A stretch of DNA of 64,000 nt from a virus (taxonomy: Duplodnaviria > Caudoviricetes). This document shows positions 27,243 to 37,900 of this stretch, piece by piece. The stretch lies in the IMG/VR virus record IMGVR_UViG_3300011871_000002, positions 1 to 64,000 of that record; one strand, given 5' to 3'. The notes under the pieces were generated by a model that was given only the letters and a program-made list of their open reading frames with translations, was not told where the DNA came from and made no database searches. A program made the position numbers and the translations under genes. Each line of letters starts with the position of its first letter. Position 1 is the stretch's first letter.

Positions 27243-27764
27243 ATGGTCAACTTTGATTTTACCCCTGACGAGATGGAAGTGGTCGGGGAGTCCCTCCGTA
27301 AAGCGTTTCTGGCGGTGTACAGTAACCTAGCCACCGAGACCAAGGAAGTCATCGACGTGTTTTGGGTGAACCACCTGAAAACCTGTAAACCTTACCTCAT
27401 GACCACGCCAGAAGGCTTGAAGATCTACGTGAGGACGGTGTTCCAACACAGTGACATTGCTGACTTCGTCATGCAATACACCAGCACTTTCTTCGCGCTC
27501 TGGGGGCGCTCGGTCGACGCGCGTGAATGCCTAGCCAATATGGTGGGGCAGTCGCTGTGTGCGGGCCTAGGCCTGACGCGCCAGAAGGAACACGACTACC
27601 GCGGCATGCCCGACGCAATCCATGCGCGCTTGGCTTCAGACGAAGACGCGGTCAAAACGCTCAAAGCCAATAGCTGGGCCATGGTCCTTGCCTTGTCGAC
27701 CATGTTCATGACCTACAAGGACCATGAAGAAGCCACCAGGAAACCTACCGGTAAAGCCAAATGA
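27243..27764 (+). CDS. hypothetical protein
   Basis: Operonic; ATGA overlap with the next gene. Confidence 0.8.
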   Translation: MVNFDFTPDEMEVVGESLRKAFLAVYSNLATETKEVIDVFWVNHLKTCKPYLMTTPEGLKIYVRTVFQHSDIADFVMQYTSTFFALWGRSVDARECLANMVGQSLCAGLGLTRQKEHDYRGMPDAIHARLASDEDAVKTLKANSWAMVLALSTMFMTYKDHEEATRKPTGKAK

Positions 27765-28468
27765 AACCCGATCAAGGCCAAGTCGACATTTATTTGAGTC
27801 TGGACGAACTGCTCGATACCCGCGCCGGAACGCTTGATCGCATGGACCCTGCGATCGCAGAGAAAGTCATCGACGACAAGTACCACACCCGGACGTCGGA
27901 CTTTTTCGCGGGCATCGACCGTCACGATTTCAAAAAGCTCTACGCTGCGCGCGATGGCGACACCTTGTCGCATAGCTGCATGACCGAAATGTATCGGCTG
28001 CTCCAGCACCTGTCGGAGTCGGTCGTGAACCAGTTGGATCAGCGCCCATACTACAAAAGCTGCAAGATCGTAGTCAATTGCTGGCCGTACCAAATTGCCC
28101 CGGACGTACTGGAAGACATCCACAAAGCGATTTACCTCAACGTCGGCAACAACTTGCCGATTGAGCTGGTGAACTGGCCTTTGTCGGAACTCACCCCAAG
28201 TCGGTGTAAAAAAGAGTTCGGTGTACTGATCATGTACAATCCACAAGACTGGCTCAATATGCACATGAAAGAATTGGAGCGCGCCCCAATCCCAGAAGTG
28301 CTGTTGCTTACCCCCAAGATTCACCACGTGGTGGAGCCAACGCCAGAACAAGAAGCATGGCTGAAAGAATACGGCTTGACGCCTTTCTTAGCCGCGGAGA
28401 TGCAACTGCGTCCGCTGATCTCGGTCGACCTGATCGAAGTTGCGTATTTCTCCTTGGTCAAGGTTTAA
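27761..28468 (+). CDS. conserved jumbo-phage protein, HAD-like N-terminus
   Basis: LSLDELLDTR and VNCWPY motifs. Confidence 0.6.
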   Translation: MKPDQGQVDIYLSLDELLDTRAGTLDRMDPAIAEKVIDDKYHTRTSDFFAGIDRHDFKKLYAARDGDTLSHSCMTEMYRLLQHLSESVVNQLDQRPYYKSCKIVVNCWPYQIAPDVLEDIHKAIYLNVGNNLPIELVNWPLSELTPSRCKKEFGVLIMYNPQDWLNMHMKELERAPIPEVLLLTPKIHHVVEPTPEQEAWLKEYGLTPFLAAEMQLRPLISVDLIEVAYFSLVKV

Positions 28469-28510
28469 CGGCATAAAAGCTACACGGGGGGTTAGCCCCG
28501 TGTAGCTTTT
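28469..28510. terminator. bidirectional terminator
   Basis: CGGCAT-AAAAGCTACACGGGG...CCCCGTGTAGCTTTT. Confidence 0.85.
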
Positions 28511-28970
28511 ACTCGTCTTCTTTGGGTGGCGGTAAAGTATTATCTCGCGTGAATTCTTCATACGAGAGTTGGCGTGGATTGACTGCCGTTTCTCCGTCCA
28601 CCAACGTTGGCAACGCTAGGTGCGAAGGAATGGTGGGAATCTTGCCCAGTTGTTCAGGGTTGACTTCGCGCGCCTCAACATCCACGACAAACGGGTTGTT
28701 GTTGGCGTTGACATTTTTGTAGACGTGGGCGAGCAAACTAGCCACTTGTTCTTGGCTGGCCGCGGTCCGATCTTCGATCTTGATACGTTTGCGCGAGATA
28801 GCAACCTTTTCAATGCCCTCGATGGCCTTGAGGACCAAGGCTTGTTGTTTCGGGTCGTCCGGCAAGCTACCGTCTTCTTTGAGTTGCTGACTGATAAACC
28901 ACTTGCGCTTTTCAATTGACTCTTCAAGGAGAACATCGTCAACTGTTTTCTTCTCTGTCATGGCGGTCAT
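28509..28970 (-). CDS. hypothetical protein
   Basis: GAAGGA RBS before the ATG at 28970. Confidence 0.75.
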   Translation of the reverse strand: MTAMTEKKTVDDVLLEESIEKRKWFISQQLKEDGSLPDDPKQQALVLKAIEGIEKVAISRKRIKIEDRTAASQEQVASLLAHVYKNVNANNNPFVVDVEAREVNPEQLGKIPTIPSHLALPTLVDGETAVNPRQLSYEEFTRDNTLPPPKEDE

Positions 28971-29016
28971 GATTGTTCCTTCTGGTTCTTTGGGGATTAA
29001 TACTGAACCTTTCAAG

Positions 29017-29039
29017 AATAGTTCAGTCACATATCATCC
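29017..29039 (+). promoter_or_regulatory. putative early promoter
   Basis: GTCACATATC motif as at 932 and 53429. Confidence 0.45.
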
Positions 29040-29094
29040 ATGTGTCCAGTAACCCTACTCTTTCCTTATGACAAACAAATTACGGAGATACAAA

Positions 29095-29604
29095 ATGTTA
29101 CTGTGGAAGCGGTATCTCAGGTATCGCTACAAGAAGGCCCTCGATCGTGCAGCTAAACATCACGATACCGAGAACGAACGCCAGCGCTGTCTGGCACTCG
29201 TTAATGAAGTAACGACTGCGCAGTTTTCACTCTACGAAGTCACTACCGGAGTGGCGACCAAGATCAATGTGCCTGACCGGGACATCGACACTTACATCGA
29301 ACGCCTGCGCCGTATTCATAGAACGCTCACAGCTAACCGGGCCTTACAAGCCCATGATTTTAGCTGGGACATCCAGACTGTTTCAGTCGATGAGTTCTTC
29401 ATCTCTGCCAAAGGTTTTTACCAAGACGCCGAGAAAGCAGTAGAGCGATTTAAGGTCGCCGCCTTGCAAGTGTGCGAGGAAGCTAAAAAGGTTGACGGTG
29501 CCGAAACAGGCATCGAAGGACTGAACCGCCGGCTTCTCACGAAGCTGTTCATCAACATGCAGGACTTGAGTAAAGCGCTAATCGATGTAAGCTTGACAAA
29601 TTAA
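29095..29604 (+). CDS. hypothetical protein
   Basis: GGAG RBS before 29095. Confidence 0.75.
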   Translation: MLLWKRYLRYRYKKALDRAAKHHDTENERQRCLALVNEVTTAQFSLYEVTTGVATKINVPDRDIDTYIERLRRIHRTLTANRALQAHDFSWDIQTVSVDEFFISAKGFYQDAEKAVERFKVAALQVCEEAKKVDGAETGIEGLNRRLLTKLFINMQDLSKALIDVSLTN

Positions 29605-29639
29605 ACCAGCATTTGCTGGAAAAAAGAAAGGAAGAAAGA

Positions 29640-30104
29640 ATGAAAAAGAAATCGAATCCAATCCAACAGGTGCTTAGCACACCTGGGAAAGGAAAACTAG
29701 AACCTTCCGGGGTACGGGGGTTTCTGGCGGCCTTTTTTAGGTCGATACTGGACGATATCGGTATGAATGCCATGTGGTGGGATAGCCTAATGCAGGACTG
29801 GCTGTCAGACTACCGCAAAGGTGCGATCGAGCCTCGTCGTAAGATCACCAGTATGCGCGGTAACTTGATGAAAGAACTCGGCAAACCCGAGATGACCTTC
29901 AAGGTCTTCTACAAGGGTTTACGTTTCCTTCAGCCGTTCAAGGTGGAGTTTTTCGTGCGCATTCATTGGCGCTCGAAGCGAATTACTGAGCACATGCAGA
30001 CCATGGACTTTAGCGATCGTCATAAGTTGGCTGCACTGCTGGAAGAACTTAAAGACAGCGACGACGACGACGACGAAGAAAAGCAAGAAGAGGACAACGA
30101 ATAA
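29640..30104 (+). CDS. hypothetical protein with acidic tail
   Basis: AAGGA RBS; RGNLMKEL motif; poly-Asp/Glu C-terminus. Confidence 0.75.
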   Translation: MKKKSNPIQQVLSTPGKGKLEPSGVRGFLAAFFRSILDDIGMNAMWWDSLMQDWLSDYRKGAIEPRRKITSMRGNLMKELGKPEMTFKVFYKGLRFLQPFKVEFFVRIHWRSKRITEHMQTMDFSDRHKLAALLEELKDSDDDDDEEKQEEDNE

Positions 30105-30682
30105 TGAAGGCCGAGAGCACCATGAACAAACACATCCGAGCGTCAGACTACATCCTGCCACCCATCGTGCTCGACGAGCACGGCAATGACCCGAACGACG
30201 GCATCAAGTACATCAACATCTACGCCCATGGCGCGGAAGAACTGGGCCGGCTGCTGGCACCGATCACCCACATGCCATTCACCCATCCGGACTATGGCAA
30301 CTTCCAGAACCTGCAAGGCTTCTGGGAATGGCTCAAGTCCAAAGAGCGCCCCGATGCGCTGCGTTACGTCACTGGCCGCCAAGCAATTGAAATCGGCCGG
30401 GGGCTGACCAAGGATTACGTGGAACGATTCCACGATATCATCCTGGAAGCAAACTTCTGCCGGATCGACCAGAACCAGCAGTTGCACGAGGCTTTCCTGA
30501 AGTCGGAACTGCCATTCGAGATGTACTACCTGAAGAATCCGCACAGTCACAATCCGCTGCCGATTCGACCGAGTACCCGCGAACTGATGGTGAACAGTTT
30601 CACAGAACTACGAGACATGATGAAGGCGGGTCACCGCCCTTCGGGTTTCGAGCACTACATCCGTCCCGCCTGCGCACGCTAA
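30104..30682 (+). CDS. NADAR-like protein (T4 gp30.3-like)
   Basis: INIY...LGRLL...PFTHPDYGNF.NLQGFWEWLK...LPFEMYY pattern. Confidence 0.55.
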   Translation: MKAESTMNKHIRASDYILPPIVLDEHGNDPNDGIKYINIYAHGAEELGRLLAPITHMPFTHPDYGNFQNLQGFWEWLKSKERPDALRYVTGRQAIEIGRGLTKDYVERFHDIILEANFCRIDQNQQLHEAFLKSELPFEMYYLKNPHSHNPLPIRPSTRELMVNSFTELRDMMKAGHRPSGFEHYIRPACAR

Positions 30683-30704
30683 GTGCTCGGGTGGGTGTAA
30701 ATTG

Positions 30705-30732
30705 AAAAGAGGGCTTCGGCCCTCTTTTTTTC
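30705..30732 (+). terminator. intrinsic terminator
   Basis: AAAAGAGGGC-TTCG-GCCCTCTTTT-TTT. Confidence 0.85.
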
Positions 30733-30753
30733 TTCGTTCTAAGGATTTCTACC

Positions 30754-32343
30754 ATGCCCGCAAATTTGGCAAAACCGACCTTCGTTTCTGGTCCAAGTGA
30801 TAAACTGGCAACGGTGGACGTCTATACTCAAACATCGAGTAGCGTCATCAATAACCGCTCAGACATTCTGAACCGGATTAATTTTAGCGCCACCTCCTCG
30901 CCGTTTGGTGCGTCCGGCATGATTTCGGCACTGCCACTGGGCGGAACAAAGAATTTGCTGCAAACTGGTATCAAGAGTATCACGGACCGCCTGAACATCA
31001 GCAACCCCACAGTGGCCAAAATAGTCGGGTCACTGGGTAAAGGGCTTGCAGGCGTAATCGAGAAACGTTTGCCAGGCACCATGGTGGGCACCATCATCGG
31101 TACTGGTAATGCGATCATCGGTACGATCAATATGGCCAAGTCCGGTAACATCATGGGCACCATTGGCGCAGTCAACGCCCTGGCCGACTTAGCCGGTGTT
31201 CCTGGGCTGAAGATTGCTGACCCCAAGGGACTAACTGCAACCGCAATCGGCATCGCCCAGCAAGGCATTCAGAGCGGCGTACCGGGCATCATGGGGACCC
31301 TGGTGCAGGCTGGCGCGATTCAAGGGCAAGCTGCCATCAACCAGGCAGTAAAAGAATTAATGCCGACAATTACTGGTACCGGAAATTTGTCGGCATTCAA
31401 AGAACTATCCGTAGTGGCCGGAAAGTCCATGCTCAATGCAGGGAGTGATGCACTGGGTAATTTTGCCAAAGCTTATCCAGCCCCCACTCCGGCAATTTCG
31501 ATCGCACAGTATCAAACCAATTTTACTGAGATCAAAGATGTGTTCAGTAGTGTGACCCCCGACTGGAACAGCGCCATGTTCAAGGTCGCTGACGGTAGCA
31601 CAGAAACGGCAGTTGATCTTTCCAGCATTACGAACGGATCAACCGAATTTAGAAAGACCATTACTATCGGCGCTCTAAATAGCGACGAACCCGAAGACAA
31701 ATGGTTGTTGCTAGGAGACGATCCATACGAGGATGAAGATGGCAATGTGGTTACGCCACGCAGTGTGACTGCGGAAGAGAAAAAAGCACTGGATGGCATC
31801 ACCGTTACGTACGAGACCCAGCAGACGTCTACAATGCCGAGTGAAAGCGACCCGGATTATATCGCATGGCTCAAGGCCAATCCGGCAGAGGCCTATTCCA
31901 AAAATTCTCTGTGGAACTACATGGAGTGGAAGAAAAAACAGGACAAGCCTAAAACAATGGCGGAACTGTACCCGGCTATGGCAGAAATGCCTAAAATGCA
32001 GGTTGCTCCTACCGACCCTAGAACGGTGGAGAATGTGGAGAAAGTGCAAGATGCACGCGCATCAACTAATCCAGTGATTCTTCCCAGTAAGACCAAGGGG
32101 CAATTGGAACTGGAACTGGAATCATTGCTTCAGCGTCAAGCCGATGCGATCAGTAGCGAAACTGCGGTACTGGAAAGCGAGGCCAAGGCAGCCAAGGATG
32201 CGAACGATCTTGCTACCTATCGCCTCAAAATCGATCTCATCCGTATTCGCACGGACCAGATCAATAATCTTTACAAACGTCTGGCCAGTACGATTCGGGC
32301 CAATATCAAAATCTGGGAAGACCACGAGAAGCAGTCCAGCTAA
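30754..32343 (+). CDS. probable virion structural protein
   Basis: 529 aa; Gly/Ile-rich N-half; C-terminal coiled coil. Confidence 0.65.
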   Translation: MPANLAKPTFVSGPSDKLATVDVYTQTSSSVINNRSDILNRINFSATSSPFGASGMISALPLGGTKNLLQTGIKSITDRLNISNPTVAKIVGSLGKGLAGVIEKRLPGTMVGTIIGTGNAIIGTINMAKSGNIMGTIGAVNALADLAGVPGLKIADPKGLTATAIGIAQQGIQSGVPGIMGTLVQAGAIQGQAAINQAVKELMPTITGTGNLSAFKELSVVAGKSMLNAGSDALGNFAKAYPAPTPAISIAQYQTNFTEIKDVFSSVTPDWNSAMFKVADGSTETAVDLSSITNGSTEFRKTITIGALNSDEPEDKWLLLGDDPYEDEDGNVVTPRSVTAEEKKALDGITVTYETQQTSTMPSESDPDYIAWLKANPAEAYSKNSLWNYMEWKKKQDKPKTMAELYPAMAEMPKMQVAPTDPRTVENVEKVQDARASTNPVILPSKTKGQLELELESLLQRQADAISSETAVLESEAKAAKDANDLATYRLKIDLIRIRTDQINNLYKRLASTIRANIKIWEDHEKQSS

Positions 32344-32362
32344 GCAGTCCTCTTTTACTCTC

Positions 32363-32410
32363 CGGCATAAAGGACGGGCAAAGGCCCGTCCTTTATGCCG
32401 ACTATGCCGC
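32363..32410. terminator. bidirectional terminator
   Basis: Perfect CGGCATAAAGGACGGGC-AAAG-GCCCGTCCTTTATGCCG plus a second TATGCCG. Confidence 0.9.
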
Positions 32411-34489
32411 TTACCGCTCGACACCCTTGTAAAGTGCCGACAAGAGACGCGCCGGTGGGGCGTCACCAATGAAACTAGCGAAGTGGGTCGCACTCAAGAA
32501 ACTATCCACGTTCTTTAAGCTACGTGTGATGTTCAGTTTCAGTTTACGCCATGAGTAAATCTGGTCTGGCAAACTCTGGCTGGCCAACACAGCCATGTAG
32601 TCATTAAAGACCGAGTCATCCGACCAGAACCCTTTCCAAGCCTTCAGCGCCGCCACCCCTGCATCGACGGCTGCACCGGCAGCAGTACCAGCGGCACCAC
32701 CTGCGGTCGCCCCCACTGCTGCACCTGGAATACCTCCTGCTACCAAGCCAGCAACGCCACCGCCAACAGCACCTATCGTGCCACCTGCTGCTGCGCCGGT
32801 CCACTGCATACCTTCCGAGATTGGCATATGCATGATCGAGGACAAGTCTGTGATGGTGAACGTGACGTCAATTCCCATCGGTACGCCTTGGTTGTCAAAC
32901 CCAAGATTACCTTCACCACGCGAGACTGTCATGCTGGTGATCATCGCCAAGCGCGATTGGCAACGACCTTGGTCATACACTTCGCACAGGAACGGACTCG
33001 TGTAGGAGTGCTTACCCGTGGACAAGGGCAGCGCTCCCGCCAAGAGCGTACACAGCGGCACGTAGATGTTGACCAAACGCGAGATCGGGTTATTGCTCCA
33101 GCTACGCAGCTGCACCGTGTAGGTCATCTGGGTGAGGTCGGCCGACGAACTCATCCAGTGCTTGGGGATGTCCACAAAAGCGGCACCACCCAGCGCTGCC
33201 AAACCGGAGGCACCAAGACCTGCGGCGACACCACTGGCCGCATCCTTGATGGTATTAGCAATGCCACCCAATACGTCGCCGACCGGACCACCTACTAAGT
33301 TACCATTGGCAATGGAGAAGTTGGTCGAGCGCGAAGAACTCGATACACTGTTGATCTGATTCGCAATGTCCGATTCCCCCACTTGGCTAGAGAATGATTC
33401 GCTCACTACGCCTGTGGAATTGACATGGTACGTAACAAATGCACCGCCATCGTTCAGTTCCGCATCGAGTAGTTCGAGCCAGCCCGCAGTCGCCCCTTCG
33501 TGGTTGTTGGCAGTTTCCGTATTGACGTCGGTTTTGCCGTCCGCTGTCTTCGGTTGTGACACGACCGCACTGAACCACTTCTTGAGGTATCCAGCAAACG
33601 TCGGCCGGGTGTCTTCCAGTGGCGTATTTTGCAGCTGCAAAACGCGCTGTCGGATATCACCCAGCTCGTCCCCATCAAACAGTTGCTTGAGGGCTTTACG
33701 GCGCTTCTGGGCTAAGCGCTGCGCTTGGGTGGCCATGGCAAAGACATCGACACCGCCGCCGGGACTAAAGATGGTGGGGGCGCGGCGCGCCAATTCCTTC
33801 AGTGCTTCTTCATCGAACTCGTACGGTTCCCCGAAACGTTTGTTGCCATTGTCGTTGCCACCGATACGTGGTACAATACCGGCGTTGACCGCGATGTGGT
33901 TGACCATGGTCTGCACGGCATTCCAGTACACCGGCATGGTGGGTTTCAAGTAATAGAACTTGGTCGAGGGCTTTTGCAGAAAGAACCGAATGCCGTTACC
34001 GACCATGTTGGCCACCAAGAGCGGCCAGTAAACAATACTGACCACAAAGCCCGCCGCCAGACCCAGCAGGTAGACCAAGTTCTTGGCGCGCCCTGTACGC
34101 GCCAGTTGCCCTGCTTCCGAGTTGTAAAAGCCCGTGAAGAAGGTCGTGAGCGAGTTGAACTCAGGCACACCGAAGCGCAGACTGATGCGCTGGGCATTGT
34201 TGTTAATGGCTTCACCGTAATAGCGCCCCATGCCGCGTGAACCAGCGTACATGGAGTAGACTTCCAGCGAATCACCGTTCTTGTCCATGAGCGTTGCTTT
34301 GGGATCAGCGTAGCGCGTGAACTGGGGTGGCGGATTGATCGACAAGTTACCACCAGGGGTAGTATCTTGGAAGTCGTCGAGAATGTTGGTCTTGGTACGG
34401 TTTTGGACGCTGAGCTTGGCCATGTCTTTGGCAGTGACCAAGAAAGCGCGTTTGACCCACTTTGAGTCCTTGAGCATTGCACCACTCAT
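32411..34489 (-). CDS. tail/baseplate structural protein (phiKZ gp182-like)
   Basis: DTTPGGN..INPPPQFTRYAD and GMGRYY motifs; downstream of the gp181-like gene. Confidence 0.75.
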   Translation of the reverse strand: MSGAMLKDSKWVKRAFLVTAKDMAKLSVQNRTKTNILDDFQDTTPGGNLSINPPPQFTRYADPKATLMDKNGDSLEVYSMYAGSRGMGRYYGEAINNNAQRISLRFGVPEFNSLTTFFTGFYNSEAGQLARTGRAKNLVYLLGLAAGFVVSIVYWPLLVANMVGNGIRFFLQKPSTKFYYLKPTMPVYWNAVQTMVNHIAVNAGIVPRIGGNDNGNKRFGEPYEFDEEALKELARRAPTIFSPGGGVDVFAMATQAQRLAQKRRKALKQLFDGDELGDIRQRVLQLQNTPLEDTRPTFAGYLKKWFSAVVSQPKTADGKTDVNTETANNHEGATAGWLELLDAELNDGGAFVTYHVNSTGVVSESFSSQVGESDIANQINSVSSSSRSTNFSIANGNLVGGPVGDVLGGIANTIKDAASGVAAGLGASGLAALGGAAFVDIPKHWMSSSADLTQMTYTVQLRSWSNNPISRLVNIYVPLCTLLAGALPLSTGKHSYTSPFLCEVYDQGRCQSRLAMITSMTVSRGEGNLGFDNQGVPMGIDVTFTITDLSSIMHMPISEGMQWTGAAAGGTIGAVGGGVAGLVAGGIPGAAVGATAGGAAGTAAGAAVDAGVAALKAWKGFWSDDSVFNDYMAVLASQSLPDQIYSWRKLKLNITRSLKNVDSFLSATHFASFIGDAPPARLLSALYKGVER

Positions 34490-34502
34490 GGTAGTTCCTT
34501 AT

Positions 34503-34889
34503 TTAAAGCCAGCGCAGCGCTGCGTAGTTGATGAGAAGGTGGAGGATATTGTCCGCGATCGTGATAAGCCAGAACGCGATGTGTGGCGGCATGGTGTTGG
34601 GATAGCCCGTCACAGAACAATCCGCCCACTTGGTGGTGTGAGGCTCACACACCCAATTCTTGAAGAACACCACATAACGGGCCAAGCGGAAATGGTCGAT
34701 GAGGAAATGGGTACTGAAAATGACAAACAGAGCCGCCGCAGAATCCGTCAAGAGGAAAAACGGCAGCATGTACGTAAATGCATGGACAAAGGCCGGCCAC
34801 CAGTGTTTGGTCTTGTTATTGGCCATCCAATTATTCTGGACGATGTAATCACCGAAAAGGTGGATTAAGAGCTGTTCCATGATAACCAA
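34503..34889 (-). CDS. DUF3307-like membrane protein
   Basis: HLFGDYIVQ..WMA..K, HFLIDH and DNILH motifs; start may be 34880. Confidence 0.7.
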   Translation of the reverse strand: MVIMEQLLIHLFGDYIVQNNWMANNKTKHWWPAFVHAFTYMLPFFLLTDSAAALFVIFSTHFLIDHFRLARYVVFFKNWVCEPHTTKWADCSVTGYPNTMPPHIAFWLITIADNILHLLINYAALRWL

Positions 34890-34898
34890 TACTCCGTT

Positions 34899-34943
34899 AA
34901 GAAAAAAGAAAAGGAAAAGAGGAGGGGCGAACCCCTCCCCCCG
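34899..34943 (-). terminator. terminator after the gp181-like gene
   Basis: GGAGGGG-TTCG-CCCCTCC plus a long pyrimidine/T-tract on the minus strand. Confidence 0.75.
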
Positions 34944-34944
34944 C

Positions 34945-37900
34945 TTATCTGTTCACTGCCATGGAGACAGGCGCAGATGTCATGGGTCGCGATGCCTGCA
35001 CCTTGGCAGGGCGTGCTACTTCAGCAGGCTTATCCAGCACCTGGGACTTCGGTGCTTGGTTAGTCCAGCCTTTGAGCGCATCACGCACTTCGATCATCAC
35101 CTCCAGTGACTTCTGGTGCACCTTGTGGGATGCTTCCAGAATCTGGTTGGTGGTCGTCAAACGTTCAGCAGCCATGTCGCGCTGCTGCTGTTGCTGTGCG
35201 TTGACGTTCAAACTACGTTGCGACATGTACGGACCAGTCGCTTCAGGTGGAACTTCACTGCCACCCACGGCAACGGCAGCAGCCACTACTGGTTTGGCCA
35301 CACTTGGCGCCGCTGCCGGACCAGTAAATGGCATGGGTGACTGATCCGATACCGGGATACTTACTGCTTTGGGCTTTTGCTGGAGATTGCCGTTAGCATC
35401 CAGAGAAACACCGTGATCACTGGCCTTCTTACTCAGCGCCGCAGTCAAGGCCGCAGCTTGTTTGCCGGTAGCCGTGGTAGGTTGCCCGGCTGGCACCGGT
35501 GTTGCGCCACCCGCTAAGAGTTTCTCCGAGCCATCGTTCAGGCCAAATCTCTGACCCTTAGCACGCACCAAGCCATTGAGCTTGCTGTAGACTTGCCCGA
35601 TGGTCAAAGGCGAACCATTGCTGTAGAAGATGCTCGCGTTCGCTGCTGCCTCTGCCGGCATGACGTTTGCTGCAATGGCATTCGGATCGGCCGAGAGGAA
35701 CTTCTTGGCACCACCTGCACCCAAGAAGTGCGCCAGATACAGATCGGTGTCCGTGATCTTGCGACCCAGGCCACTGAGCATCTTGGCATTCATCTTGAGG
35801 AACTCACCACCGAGAAGCGCATTGGCGCGCGCATCTGTCGGCGGGGTACCCGGTGCAATCCCGTACTTGGCGCCGAACTTACGCATCATGTCACTCCACG
35901 TGTCGCGGGTGAACTGATACAGACCGGTAGCCGAGCTAGTGGATGCCTTGACGGTTGGATTAAAGCCCGACTCAATGGCCGCCATGGTGGCCATCAGTTT
36001 CTCGTCGACACCCGTCATCTGGGCCGCTGCCGAAATAGTGCCCCGCAGCGCCTCCCACGAACCACTACCCTTTGGCAGTGGAATCGCATTGATGTCCCCG
36101 CCTGTGCCATTACCGGGGTGATTGATTTCTCGCCCACCACTGAATGCTTCACTGACCATGTCTTTCGCGTTGTTAAACACCCGCGAGAAGATATTGCCCG
36201 ACACAGGTTTGCCTTGGGAATCTTGACGTTGACCGAACAGTCGCGAGAAGAAGCCTTGCTGCTGCTGGTTCTTCACTTGGCTGCCCGTACTATTGTTGGT
36301 GATCCCAACTTGCACATTGGTCGACTCTTCAATAACCTTGGACTGCTTGGCTGCATCCTTGATGCTCTGGAAGTTGCCTTCGATGGTTTTCGCATCGTTG
36401 TTGAGCTGGTAGCCCGGCCACGGAGTGGTGGCCACCTGCCAGACCGACACAGGCGAGCCGTTTTCACTACCCTTGGCCGTATAGACCATGGTGGCGACAT
36501 CAACCGCTTGGGTCGGCATCAAAGCCAGTTTGGCTTGGTCCAACCTATTTTTCTTGGTGGCCGAAGCCATTGCCGTCACATAGGCCAAATACGTCGGCAG
36601 ATACCGGCTGTTAAACCAGTTAATCCACGAGTACGCATCGTCATTGGACAAACCCTGTACACCAAAGGCTGATCCCATGGTGGCGATCATGTTTTCCACC
36701 GACCCCGTCCAGGTGGCCACTCCGTCGCGGATGGTGAGGCCCTTGGCGACTTCGGCGTCCATCAGGAACAGTGTACGAACTTTGTCGGCTTCCAAGTCAC
36801 GCAGACCATAGGTGCGATAACGCAGCGCCGTCATGGCGTCCAAACGGCCGGTATTGAAGATGTCGGCCATGACACTAGGACCGCTCATGCTCGTTACCCC
36901 GGCACCAGTGGCAACCGCCGCCGCTCCAACTTTGGCTTGCTGGGTGAGCTGGTTGATTTTGGCCTTATCGGCACTTTGGTACAAATTACCGTTGGCGTCC
37001 ATCCGCACACCAGAATGACTGGCTTTGCGATCAAGCGCTGCTTTCAGTGCGGCAGCTTGGCCTCCGGTCGACGTCGCGGCCAGCGCGGCAGCGGCACCGG
37101 CAGTTCCTGCCGCAGGCTTTGCTGGAGCACTCGCTTCTTCCTTCTTGAGTGCCGCCTCTGCCACTTCAATTGCCGCTGCCACTTCGCGGGACCCGACTGC
37201 GAGTTGGCCCTGATCTGGGAAAGGCGAGGTAACGACATCGTACGGTCCTCCGGCAAACTTTGCGACGTTGAAGTATTGGCGTTTCTGTGCCGGTGTCAAG
37301 TCCTTCACATCTTGCAGGGACTTTTTGGCATCCACCGCCCGCAGTGCTGCCATGTTGTTCAGGAAGACTGGCTTGAAGCGGTTATCGAACCACTGGATGA
37401 AATTCTCCAGTTGCTGCGGGTTTTTGACATCGATACCAAACGCATTGACAAGATCTCGAATATTGATCTTCTTCTCGTCCAGCAGGGCTTTTCCTGCCGA
37501 GAACACCACAGCAGGTTCGAGCATCTTTTCCACACTGAACACCGCTTGCAGGTGGGTTTCATCCGACGCTAAGAAACCATACTGAGCATAACGCACGGTC
37601 GAGTAGGTATCGAGCTGGGCGCGAGTGAAATACTTGTAGCCGTAGTAGCCAGCAGCTCCAACAGCGGCAACTGCCAAACCAGTCAACACAACTGGTGCCG
37701 AAACCAACGCTACCAGGCCACTACCTAACGCACCCAAGCCACTCAGCGCGAGGCTACCCAGACCCGACACTGCGGCGCCAGCGCCTGACAAGAGGCCGCT
37801 ACCGAGGCCACCTAAGGCAAGACCACCCAGTCCGAGAGCACCCCGTGCGAGCATACCACCACCTCGCAACAGGCCACCCCCGGCACGGCCCAACAGGTTC

